This document shows positions 49,101 to 58,217 of a stretch of DNA of 64,000 bases, piece by piece. A program made the position numbers and the translations under genes. The stretch is from a virus (lineage: Duplodnaviria > Caudoviricetes). Numbering within the stretch: the first letter of the stretch is position 1; the number at the start of each line of letters is the position of its first letter. The notes below the pieces were generated by a model. The model had not been told where the DNA came from, made no database searches, and saw nothing but the letters and a program-made list of their open reading frames with translations. The stretch lies in IMG/VR virus record IMGVR_UViG_2834368228_000004, positions 96,001 to 160,000 of that record, one strand, 5' to 3'.

Positions 49101-49946
49101 GTGATGTTAGTTAAGAAAAGCGGCCAAGAAATCATACGTGATGCAATGAATTTAATAGCAGAAAATACACCAATCACGAATCTGAACTCTGGAAGTATTG
49201 CAAGATCAATTGTTGAAGCAACAGCTGGCGAATATGAGAATCTGTATGAATTTGCAGAAGCAGTTCTTCATAATGGCTATTTAAGCAGAGCAGATGAGGA
49301 GCATTTATTATATTTTGGTGAGTTATTTAATTACCCTAGAAGGATAGAAGTTGTCATTGACCCCGAAACAGGGGATAGAATAGAACAGCTTATTACATTA
49401 GACACCTATCGTTATGAGCTTTCAAAACAAGTAACAGCTGCAGTGTCTTCCAATGAAGAAGCTTTGCGATTAGCAATCTTACCAATATCAGGTGTGCAAT
49501 CAATTGTTGGTAAAGAGTATACACATGGTACTGGTAGCTTCAGTTTCATCATAACAACACTTTATGGATTTGATGCAGAAGCAGTTAAGGTTGATGTTGA
49601 GAATGCAATACAAGAGAAGAAAGGCTTTGGAGTTAGGCCAGAGGTTGTGTTGCCAGCAGATATCCCACTTGAAATGCAGCTGCAGATTATTTTTAAAGAG
49701 AGCACCCCACAGAAAGATAGCATACGCTATAAAATTCAATCAGGATTAATGAATTACTTCGGTAATTTCAAAACAGATCAAGACTTTATTTATAATGATT
49801 TTGTAAAAGAAGTAATGGATATGGACGAAAATATTGTGGATTTTAAGCTTAACTATTTCTACCTTAATGATATGCCCGCCTTGCTTACAAATCACACGGT
49901 ATTAGAGGAAGAGCGCATTCGACCACGTTTAATCGATGTTTTATAA
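49101..49946 (+). CDS. Baseplate J-like wedge protein
   Basis: ITNLNSGSIARSIVEA, LSRA...L..FG, ISGV, GTGS, KGFGV. Confidence 0.78.
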   Translation: MMLVKKSGQEIIRDAMNLIAENTPITNLNSGSIARSIVEATAGEYENLYEFAEAVLHNGYLSRADEEHLLYFGELFNYPRRIEVVIDPETGDRIEQLITLDTYRYELSKQVTAAVSSNEEALRLAILPISGVQSIVGKEYTHGTGSFSFIITTLYGFDAEAVKVDVENAIQEKKGFGVRPEVVLPADIPLEMQLQIIFKESTPQKDSIRYKIQSGLMNYFGNFKTDQDFIYNDFVKEVMDMDENIVDFKLNYFYLNDMPALLTNHTVLEEERIRPRLIDVL

Positions 49947-49972
49947 TTAAAATATACTAGGAGGGATATGTT

Positions 49973-50407
49973 TTGAGTAATCCAACGAAAATATTAGAAT
50001 ATGATTTAGGAATTGAGCTGCAGAATTTATTAGATGAATTAAAGCTTGTGAATGAAGATATTAAACTCGCAAACGCAGAAAGTGGCAAGAAAATATCCCA
50101 ACGTTTAAAAGAAATTGAAGAAAATGTAATGTCTTTCAATATGAATAAATTAGAGACAGGAAACTTCAATGAATTCTTTACGTACGATGCTGACAGTAAT
50201 GTTATTCAACATGAAGTTACTGGTGATAATCCTTCTGTAACAGAATATGGTTATAAAGAAGATGGAAGCGGAGAGTTGAAAGATTCAACTAAAACTTTTA
50301 TAGATACAAATGGTAATACAATAACAATCCATAAAACGTATATGTATACCGATGGAAATATTACAGGTATTGCAACAAGTACAACTGTAACACTACCAGA
50401 AGCATAA
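49973..50407 (+). CDS. Hypothetical tail-region protein with YD-like beta hairpins
   Basis: Coiled-coil N-terminus; TYDADSN, YGY and YTDGNIT. Confidence 0.55.
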   Translation: MSNPTKILEYDLGIELQNLLDELKLVNEDIKLANAESGKKISQRLKEIEENVMSFNMNKLETGNFNEFFTYDADSNVIQHEVTGDNPSVTEYGYKEDGSGELKDSTKTFIDTNGNTITIHKTYMYTDGNITGIATSTTVTLPEA

Positions 50408-50419
50408 AGAGGTGATTGT

Positions 50420-51562
50420 ATGGACGTAGTTTCACTTGGAAAAGCAATGAGTACATTGCGAAGTATTCAAGAATTAAATGATGCAATTATTGGCCAGAAA
50501 GCAGAAGGGCATTTCAAAACTGTCGATCATCGGTTGGATTGGATAGAAGGACAAGCGGAGAAATTGATTGTGAAAGGAAGCAAGCAAATTGGTTTAAATC
50601 AAGGTTTGTCTTATAACACTGAGGTAGATAATAATAAAATAAAACTACAAGTAGTGGGAAAAACTATAATAAATTCAGAGACGAATTTGTTATTAAATAA
50701 CTTAAACAAAACCTTTGGATTTAGTTTTTCTCCTAATTTGTTTCGGTTTAGTAATCAGGGAGAAAGTGCAATGTTTGATGGTGATCTAGGAAATTTGGGA
50801 GCCAACTCCTCTATAAGCTCAACTTTTCCTGGATGGTTTCAAATTTCTTTTCATGAAGCTAAAAATCTCTCCAAAATGAGATTTATTTATAATGGGTATG
50901 GAAAACCAAGAGAATGGAAAGTAGAAGGAAGCAATGATGAAATAGAATTCGATCTTATTTATCATGAAACAAATGAAACCAAAACAGAAATTGACATATT
51001 AATAGAAGACCCAGTTCCTTATCAGTACTATCGCATAACATGGAACAGTATAAGATCTGGAAATAGAATGACAGTTAATGAAGTTGAATTTTACGAGCAA
51101 GAAGAAATAAACACATATTTTCCACAAGGAACATGGACTTCTCCTGTTATAGATTTAGGTATAGGATGGAAAGAAACAAAGTTAGTGGATGTGTTGAAGC
51201 AAGAAACAGCAAATGCTACGGTTACACTAGAAGTGGCCACCTCCACAGATGGAGTGTCTTTTACACCATTCACACTTTTAGATGAGTCCAATCCACAACA
51301 ATCAAGATACGTAAAGATACGTGCAACACTATCAGCAGATGCCGACATTGGTGGAGAAGATAAGACTCACGACTTTGACCAGTCCAGTGAAGAAAACAGA
51401 TTCACCTTGAATGATTATGTAGAAGCTAACGGTGAATTAAAACTTGTAACGTCTTACACAAGCATAGATGAAACACCTACACCAGAAGGAGTAGGGCAAG
51501 TATATGAGTATGTCATTGATAAGAGCAAGTTTAAGAAAATAGAAAGCATTTCAGTAAACTAA
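50420..51562 (+). CDS. Tail fibre/receptor-binding module protein with an F5/8 type C (discoidin-like) domain
   Basis: MFDG...WFQI...PREWKVEGSND...YQYYRI...EVEFY; N-terminus shared with 56265 and 61097. Confidence 0.7.
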   Translation: MDVVSLGKAMSTLRSIQELNDAIIGQKAEGHFKTVDHRLDWIEGQAEKLIVKGSKQIGLNQGLSYNTEVDNNKIKLQVVGKTIINSETNLLLNNLNKTFGFSFSPNLFRFSNQGESAMFDGDLGNLGANSSISSTFPGWFQISFHEAKNLSKMRFIYNGYGKPREWKVEGSNDEIEFDLIYHETNETKTEIDILIEDPVPYQYYRITWNSIRSGNRMTVNEVEFYEQEEINTYFPQGTWTSPVIDLGIGWKETKLVDVLKQETANATVTLEVATSTDGVSFTPFTLLDESNPQQSRYVKIRATLSADADIGGEDKTHDFDQSSEENRFTLNDYVEANGELKLVTSYTSIDETPTPEGVGQVYEYVIDKSKFKKIESISVN

Positions 51563-51577
51563 AAGGAGAGATATAAA

Positions 51578-51985
51578 ATGTCTATAGATGAAACTTATTC
51601 GAGAACATATATAGCATTCTGTGGTGCAGATTTAATGGTAACAATTAACGGTGAAATCGTAGGAGAATTACAAGAGCTAAATTGGGAAGAAGATTTCTTT
51701 GCTTCAGACGAGTATACAATTAATGGGGAAGCTTTATTCGTTACTTTTGAATACGAGCTTGATCTATATAAACTAGCTAAAGAAAAAAGAGAATTCAATA
51801 TCTGCATTGCTTATGCAGCTGAATATGGTAAAAAAATGTATTACAGAATTTATGATTGCTTACTAACAAAGCGAGCAGGAAAACATGCTGTAGATGATAT
51901 CGTCATTAATGAAAAGTATTACTTCAAAGCAAAGAGAATTGAAAAGATAACAGGTGAAAAAGCAGATTTTATATTAAGTAAGTAG
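51578..51985 (+). CDS. Minimal tail-tube-like paralogue inside the fibre cassette
   Basis: YSRTYIAFCGADL...GEIVGELQ...AAEYG...VDDIV...YYFKAKRI parallels the major tube protein. Confidence 0.7.
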   Translation: MSIDETYSRTYIAFCGADLMVTINGEIVGELQELNWEEDFFASDEYTINGEALFVTFEYELDLYKLAKEKREFNICIAYAAEYGKKMYYRIYDCLLTKRAGKHAVDDIVINEKYYFKAKRIEKITGEKADFILSK

Positions 51986-51997
51986 AGGTGAATTGAT

Positions 51998-53122
51998 ATG
52001 CCAGTACCAGCTACAACGGGTAGTTTAAAAACAAGCATTCACGATATGGAGATAGGGGATTATATAGTTGCAAGTTCTCATAGAGCAAGCTCTTCATCTG
52101 TACCAAGGTTAAATACTAACATGGGAAATGAACATGTGTTAAATAGCGGTAGCTATGAAGATGTGTATTCAGGAACAACAACTGGATCTATTCTTTTCTA
52201 TTACGTGAAAGTAGCAAAAGGTTTGCTTATAAGTGATCGTGTAATTTACCATACTATTTCGTGGGATTTACTGAATACAAATAAACTTATACAAGAATTA
52301 CCTTGGGACAATGGAAACATTATCCCCATTATGACAAGTAATAATTCTCCTAGTGGAGTGGCTAGTGCGAGTGGGGAATATGTAGAGCCTCTTAATAACA
52401 GTAAGGTTTACAGAGCATGGGAAGCTTTTCATGATAATTATACTGGTTGGTTATCAGATACTCCTGGAAGAGGTTGGCTTTCATATCAGTTCGCCAAAGC
52501 AGAGATTGTAAACGGCTATAAATTTAAATCCTCAGGTTCTATGTATAATTTAGAGCAAGCACCTAAATCATGGACATTTGAAGGCTTTGATGGTGAGAAC
52601 TGGGTCATACTTGATGAACAAAAAGATGTAACAAATTGGATTGAAGGTGAATATAAGTCATTCAGTTTTTCAAATTCAACTCCTTATTTAACTTATAGAA
52701 TACTTGTCACAGAAAACCAGAATACCAGTAGAGTTGTTAATATAGGGCATTTAGAAATGTATGACACAGCAGGCACTATACGCTCCCTTACAGGAGGAGT
52801 AGCTTATGCAGATGAGAATGGAAATAAAAGTACAATGGATCAAAGCTTTGGAGCATGGCCGACCAATAATGAATGGGATCGTTATATTGTAAACTTTCCT
52901 GAAGAGAAGATACAAGTAGGTAAGACACTAGATGATGTGTTTCATTCGAGTAATATTAGAGCGTGGACTCAAGACACTCCAGATGTAAACCTATCTTCAG
53001 GAAGTCCTTCTAGTAGGGTTACAAGAGGAGGAGGAAGTGGGGTAGAAAATGTTGTATTCTACACATCAAGTGGAGCCACTACAACAAATGGATTTCGTCC
53101 GTGTTTTGAGTATAAAGAATAA
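51998..53122 (+). CDS. Receptor-binding protein: CLec-like domain with an inserted discoidin domain
   Basis: DRVIYHTISWDLLN; discoidin APKSWTFEG; C-terminal NEWD...WTQD...RVTRG...GFRP. Confidence 0.65.
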   Translation: MPVPATTGSLKTSIHDMEIGDYIVASSHRASSSSVPRLNTNMGNEHVLNSGSYEDVYSGTTTGSILFYYVKVAKGLLISDRVIYHTISWDLLNTNKLIQELPWDNGNIIPIMTSNNSPSGVASASGEYVEPLNNSKVYRAWEAFHDNYTGWLSDTPGRGWLSYQFAKAEIVNGYKFKSSGSMYNLEQAPKSWTFEGFDGENWVILDEQKDVTNWIEGEYKSFSFSNSTPYLTYRILVTENQNTSRVVNIGHLEMYDTAGTIRSLTGGVAYADENGNKSTMDQSFGAWPTNNEWDRYIVNFPEEKIQVGKTLDDVFHSSNIRAWTQDTPDVNLSSGSPSSRVTRGGGSGVENVVFYTSSGATTTNGFRPCFEYKE

Positions 53123-53139
53123 AGGTAGGTGAATAAAGA

Positions 53140-56100
53140 ATGGCAACAGTAGGAGAACAATTACTTCAGCCAGAGAGTGGTTGGAGAAGATATGATGATA
53201 CACATGAATCTATTAAGTATCATGACTTAGTAAATATAGGAGCTTCTTTGTCAGGAGCATACAATGGAACTTATTCTTCATACAATATTCCTGAAGGAGA
53301 AACATTTGCTAGTTTTAAGTTTATTGGCAGTAAGATTAGATGGACTGCAAGAATAAATATAGGTTACTCCGAGAAGGCAGATATATATATAGATGGTAAC
53401 AATATTGGATCTGCAAGTCTTCAAGGAGATAATGCATATCAAATTTTAGTGTTTGATTTTTCAAACTTAGAATACAAAGAACATATCGTAAAGATAGTGC
53501 TTCCTCAAGGTGGTACTGTTAATTTAGATGCTATTGATATAGACGAAACAGGAGAACTCCTTCCACCACCTGCTCAAGTAGGCGACCAACTTCTTGATCC
53601 AGAAGAAGGTTGGAAAAGATATGATGATAGACATCCTGCTATTAAGTATGAGGGAAATTGGATTCGAAGTAATATAACGGGTTACTTTAACGGAACAACT
53701 ACAGGGACAGATTCAAATGGCGAGGATTCGTACAGCTTTAAATTTATCGGAACAAAAATAAGACTAGTTGATGCTTTAGCAGAAAATCGCAGTTCAAGTG
53801 TTAGAGTAATAATAGATGGGGTTGAGGAATCCTATTCAGCTTATGGCCCATCAACAGCAAGAGCTACTCTAGTTTATGAAAAAACAGGGTTAGAATTTAA
53901 AGAGCATACGGTAGAAGTGATAAATAGTCTAACAAGATTTATTGCTCTTGATGCTATCGACATAGACGAAAATGGTAGATTCCTTCATGAATCGGAAGCC
54001 CTGACACCAGATGAATTAACAATCGGAAAGCGCATCCGAGCACACTACTCAGCTCCCACAAGTGGTCAAGTAGGAATCTTCTCTAATCTAGGAGAAGAAA
54101 CATATGTAGATGGAATTAATGATTTTATTCCACCAGAAAGTAGCACTACACCTGATGGGGATTTCTATTATATTTGCGTAGATGAATATAATGGGAAGAA
54201 GATACTTGTTGCAGATCGAAATATTCAACACTCAATTTCCTGGGACACATTGAACAGTGAAGGAATTCCAAATACGGGTTTGCCTATCACGATTGAAGAA
54301 TATGATCCATCTTTATACTCCTTTACTACTCGTCTATTAACAGGGGGAATTTCAAGTTCCGATAAAGACAATGAATGGGATAAATATATTGTAGAAGGAA
54401 CAGGTAATGGAAGATATGTAGCGGGTGATGATGAGGTGTGGCATTGGGACATTAGTGTAGGTAATCAAAATACCTGGTTTCCTAGAACATGGACTTCATC
54501 AACTCCGTCATCAAATGCTCAACATCGTGTGTTAAGAGGACAATCTTTATCTGGAATAAGCCCAGCGGGGGTTGATGCTTTTTACACAGCTCTTTCAAAT
54601 GAAGCGTCTAATGTTAGAGCTTTCCGTCCCGTCCTAGAAATAGAATCACTTACTCCTCCTTCTATTAATAAATATTTATTTGAAGATAATGGAGAAGTGA
54701 AGAAGTGGGATAGTCTAAATAATATTTGGATTACTATTTCACCTGCTCCAGCAACCGAACAACTCTTCCTAGAACAAGGAATGGATAACTTGGACGAAAT
54801 AACCGATGAAGGATTACAACAACTTGTATCGTCGAGTCCAAAACTACTTCATTATACAGATGATGCAAGTAAAGAAAGTTCTACTATGAGTATACAAGCT
54901 GTACCACATGGACAATTAGTGTTTCCTGAAGGAGATATAGAGGTCTCTGGGGGAGTAGAAAATATAAATATAAATATAGAATTTGAACCCTATGTGTTTG
55001 AAGGCTTAATACCAACATTAAATTCTAATCAATCTAATATTGGAGAAGTTATATATAACCATGAGTATAGTTCAGGTTATAGAGGATGGATGGCTTTTGA
55101 CGATAATGATAATACCAGGTGGGCTGGTTCAACTAATCCAATAGGATATATCGGTTTTCGTTTTATTGAACCTCAAGTAGTATCTAAATATTACTTTAAA
55201 GCATTAGCTCAAAAGCCATATAACTACCAATTCGAAGGTCGCAATGACAATAGTAATTGGGAAATATTACATGAAGTAAAAGGTGAAACATGGTTGAGCG
55301 ATGAGATTGATAAAACACATATAATTGATAACAATGAAAGCTATTCGCACTATAGACTTCATATTTTAAATTCAAATGAATTCGGCCCTTCTATTTCGGA
55401 GCTAAAAATGTATAAGAAAAATAGTTATTTAAATCTGAATTGCATAGTTAGTCCAGATCAAAGTTTTACATGGTACAGCTTTAATGGAGAATGGCAGCCT
55501 ATCGAGCCAACTAAGGAATCAGTCAAACTAAACGGCATGACTCCTGACGTTGTAAGCAACCTTACAAAAGAACAAATTGATTCTCTTTTAAATGGCTCAA
55601 CCACGTTACGTTTTGCTTACTACCTGGAACAGGAAGAGTTAACTGACACTGTATACGTAGACACACTCACTATTTCTTCTCCACCGGCAGCAAGCGAAAC
55701 ACCTGTATTAGAAGGAATAAACTTAACGTACGATGAACTAACCATTGAAGGTCGTATGAAAGACTTAGAGAAAACTAATGCCATCAATATGGCTAAGCTA
55801 AATTTTAAAGCAAATGCATTAATACAATCTGAAAGATACAATCTACATGATTTAGTTATCGACACTTTTGAAGATACTACAGGTGTAGAAAGTATGACCG
55901 CTACTTATAGTAATGAGGAGAAGGCGTTCACAGGTACAGGTGAAGTCATTCTTCTCCCAGAACAGGTGGATGTGTCACCTCATACACTATGGATAGCTAC
56001 AGAAGGGAGTAACGATTTAGTCTTTGAATATTTAAGTGATAATCAAACATGGGTAGAAATTGCAGAAAATAACCTCCATGAATTAAATGAAGTAAATATT

Positions 56101-56175
56101 ACAGAACTAAAAATAAAAATTAAACTTCCAAGTAGCAACTCCAAACTTTCAGCAGTTTCAGTTGGTTGGGCTTAA
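53140..56175 (+). CDS. Multidomain tail fibre/receptor-binding protein
   Basis: Two N-terminal repeats (VGxQLLxPExGWxRYDD), CLec-like domain (DRNIQHSISWD...RVLRG...AFRP), discoidin domain, C-terminal attachment module. Confidence 0.72.
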   Translation: MATVGEQLLQPESGWRRYDDTHESIKYHDLVNIGASLSGAYNGTYSSYNIPEGETFASFKFIGSKIRWTARINIGYSEKADIYIDGNNIGSASLQGDNAYQILVFDFSNLEYKEHIVKIVLPQGGTVNLDAIDIDETGELLPPPAQVGDQLLDPEEGWKRYDDRHPAIKYEGNWIRSNITGYFNGTTTGTDSNGEDSYSFKFIGTKIRLVDALAENRSSSVRVIIDGVEESYSAYGPSTARATLVYEKTGLEFKEHTVEVINSLTRFIALDAIDIDENGRFLHESEALTPDELTIGKRIRAHYSAPTSGQVGIFSNLGEETYVDGINDFIPPESSTTPDGDFYYICVDEYNGKKILVADRNIQHSISWDTLNSEGIPNTGLPITIEEYDPSLYSFTTRLLTGGISSSDKDNEWDKYIVEGTGNGRYVAGDDEVWHWDISVGNQNTWFPRTWTSSTPSSNAQHRVLRGQSLSGISPAGVDAFYTALSNEASNVRAFRPVLEIESLTPPSINKYLFEDNGEVKKWDSLNNIWITISPAPATEQLFLEQGMDNLDEITDEGLQQLVSSSPKLLHYTDDASKESSTMSIQAVPHGQLVFPEGDIEVSGGVENININIEFEPYVFEGLIPTLNSNQSNIGEVIYNHEYSSGYRGWMAFDDNDNTRWAGSTNPIGYIGFRFIEPQVVSKYYFKALAQKPYNYQFEGRNDNSNWEILHEVKGETWLSDEIDKTHIIDNNESYSHYRLHILNSNEFGPSISELKMYKKNSYLNLNCIVSPDQSFTWYSFNGEWQPIEPTKESVKLNGMTPDVVSNLTKEQIDSLLNGSTTLRFAYYLEQEELTDTVYVDTLTISSPPAASETPVLEGINLTYDELTIEGRMKDLEKTNAINMAKLNFKANALIQSERYNLHDLVIDTFEDTTGVESMTATYSNEEKAFTGTGEVILLPEQVDVSPHTLWIATEGSNDLVFEYLSDNQTWVEIAENNLHELNEVNITELKIKIKLPSSNSKLSAVSVGWA

Positions 56176-56205
56176 AAAGCCCTTCCTTCTTTTTATTTGA
56201 TACGT

Positions 56206-56233
56206 TATAATATTAACAGTGAAATGCACTACA
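56206..56233 (+). promoter_or_regulatory. TATAAT plus palindromic box variant TGAAATGCACTACA
   Basis: TATAAT at 56206-56211, box at 56220-56233; the spacer resembles that of the 27608 site. Confidence 0.65.
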
Positions 56234-56264
56234 TTATTAAACCACCTTACAGAGGAGGTATTAA

Positions 56265-58217
56265 ATGGACGTAATTAGTTATCAGAAGGCAAGTAAAGCA
56301 AAAGAAGAAATTAGAAACACACAGGATCGACTAGGCATGAATGGAACAGAGCAAGAGTTAGATATACGTGATATTTACAATAATGTCGATGAGCGAATAG
56401 CTGAATTAGAAAAGAAAAATCCAGAAGTAGAACTATATAATAGAGTATCTGATGTTTCAGCTCACACCATGATTAATTTAAACAAACACAATTTACGTGT
56501 AAGCTCTCTGTTAAATCAATCACGATATAGCTTATCAGACATGATAGTTGATGACTTTATCGATGAATCAGGTATAGACAAAAGTATGTCTGTAAATTAT
56601 TTGTATGATGGTTTAAACAACATCATTAAGATTGCTGAAGGGGAGTCACAAGCAGAAATTGTTACTGTTGTTGAAGAAGTTGAAAATATCCCCTTACAGA
56701 TAGTTGTGTCTCAAGCTACAATTGAACAGCATCTTAAATTACAATTAATTAACTTTGAAGATGGAATGCATGACAATACGATAATTAATGGCGATAAAAT
56801 TGAGCTAAGAAAGATTGGTCAATATGAATCTCCTGATTTACAAAACCTAATACCAAAAATGACAAGTGATACAAGTCCAGAAGGATTTGTTTTCGCAAGC
56901 AGCCACTATTCAAATAGATACCCTTGGTTAGCTTTCAATCACGATGGCTCAGATTTTTGGAACACTACAAGTCTAAACAACTATGTTGGATATCAATTTA
57001 CAGAACCTAAGAAGATTGAAGAAGTAGCAATCACAGCAAGAAACGATACTACCCCAGACAGAACTCCAAGTGAATTCATTATACAAGCATCTTCTAATAC
57101 TACAGATGGAACTAATGGAGAATGGGTAGACCTTGTTCAATTTAATAATGAAACAAATTGGGAACTAGGGGAAAGAAGGATTTTTTCAATAGATAATGAG
57201 TCTTCTTTTATAGCTTATAGAGTACTAATTTTAAATGCTGTACGAGCTGATTATCCTTCAATTGCAGAGATTGATTTTTTAGGAAAAATAATAAAAGATA
57301 TATATATTCCTAATGGAATATATGAATCAAACACTATTGATTTAGGTAATAGTCCAAAGAAAATATCTATATATCAAGATGATCGAAGCTTAGTCCCTAA
57401 AATGAACTCTTATGCAGACCCAGAGGGGCTTGTCTTTGCAAGTGATTACTACACTCACATTAATGAACCTAGATATCCTTGGTTAGCTTTCAATCAGGAA
57501 CCATCAGATTTTTGGAATAGCGAGGGTGTAGGTGGTTATGTTGGGTATAAATTTAAAACTCCTAAAGTGGTTACTAAAATATCTATGACAGCAAGGAATG
57601 ACTCAAGTCCAAATAGGACACCTAGTAGTTTTTTAGTTCAAGCATCAAATGATACTACAGACGGACACGATGGAAACTGGTTCGATATTCAAAGAGTATA
57701 TGGAGAAAATGATTGGGCACTAGGAGAAATAAGAGAATTTGATATTGATAATAGGAATCTCTATAACGCCTATCGAGTAAAGGTGTTAAGAGCAGATCGG
57801 GAAGACTTTCCAACAATTGCAGAGTTACAATTCATCGGATATGGAACATTGGATTTAAAAGAAGAGGATATAAATATATCTATAGCTAATTCCTTAGATG
57901 ATGTTATTTTTTCTGATTATGAGTCAATAGGCTCAGATGGGTCAATAAATTCTCCTGATAGATTCATAAAGATAAAAGTAGAACTTGCTGCTGAAGGAGA
58001 AAAATTAGAAACACTTGTACATGATTTTACAGAAGAAGAGAAAGCTGATTTTGAAGAGAATAATTTTATTGAATTTGATGAAGCAGCTAAATTAAAAACT
58101 TCCTATAGTGATCCAATGGAAGTAGATACTTATTTTACAGGAGAAGGGGCATTACTAAAAAAGGCTATTAATAAAATTAAATTTAAAGCCATTGAGAAAG
58201 TAGAGGTAATTAAGTAA
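56265..58217 (+). CDS. Tail fibre module protein with two tandem discoidin-like domains
   Basis: Two copies of LxPKMxS...PEGxVFAS...RYPWLAFN...TARND...YRV. Confidence 0.72.
   Translation: MDVISYQKASKAKEEIRNTQDRLGMNGTEQELDIRDIYNNVDERIAELEKKNPEVELYNRVSDVSAHTMINLNKHNLRVSSLLNQSRYSLSDMIVDDFIDESGIDKSMSVNYLYDGLNNIIKIAEGESQAEIVTVVEEVENIPLQIVVSQATIEQHLKLQLINFEDGMHDNTIINGDKIELRKIGQYESPDLQNLIPKMTSDTSPEGFVFASSHYSNRYPWLAFNHDGSDFWNTTSLNNYVGYQFTEPKKIEEVAITARNDTTPDRTPSEFIIQASSNTTDGTNGEWVDLVQFNNETNWELGERRIFSIDNESSFIAYRVLILNAVRADYPSIAEIDFLGKIIKDIYIPNGIYESNTIDLGNSPKKISIYQDDRSLVPKMNSYADPEGLVFASDYYTHINEPRYPWLAFNQEPSDFWNSEGVGGYVGYKFKTPKVVTKISMTARNDSSPNRTPSSFLVQASNDTTDGHDGNWFDIQRVYGENDWALGEIREFDIDNRNLYNAYRVKVLRADREDFPTIAELQFIGYGTLDLKEEDINISIANSLDDVIFSDYESIGSDGSINSPDRFIKIKVELAAEGEKLETLVHDFTEEEKADFEENNFIEFDEAAKLKTSYSDPMEVDTYFTGEGALLKKAINKIKFKAIEKVEVIK

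Noticed and set aside
20611-49946. Tailocin, eCIS or T6SS locus
   Set aside because: Terminase, portal, protease and major capsid genes are linked, so this is a DNA-packaging phage.
51998-56175. A complete diversity-generating retroelement
   Set aside because: No reverse transcriptase, Avd-like gene or template repeat was seen in the window.
56168-56194. Terminator after the 1011-aa fibre gene (GGGCTT-aaa-AAGCCC then a pyrimidine tract)
   Set aside because: The stem is short and the U-tract is interrupted; too weak to call.
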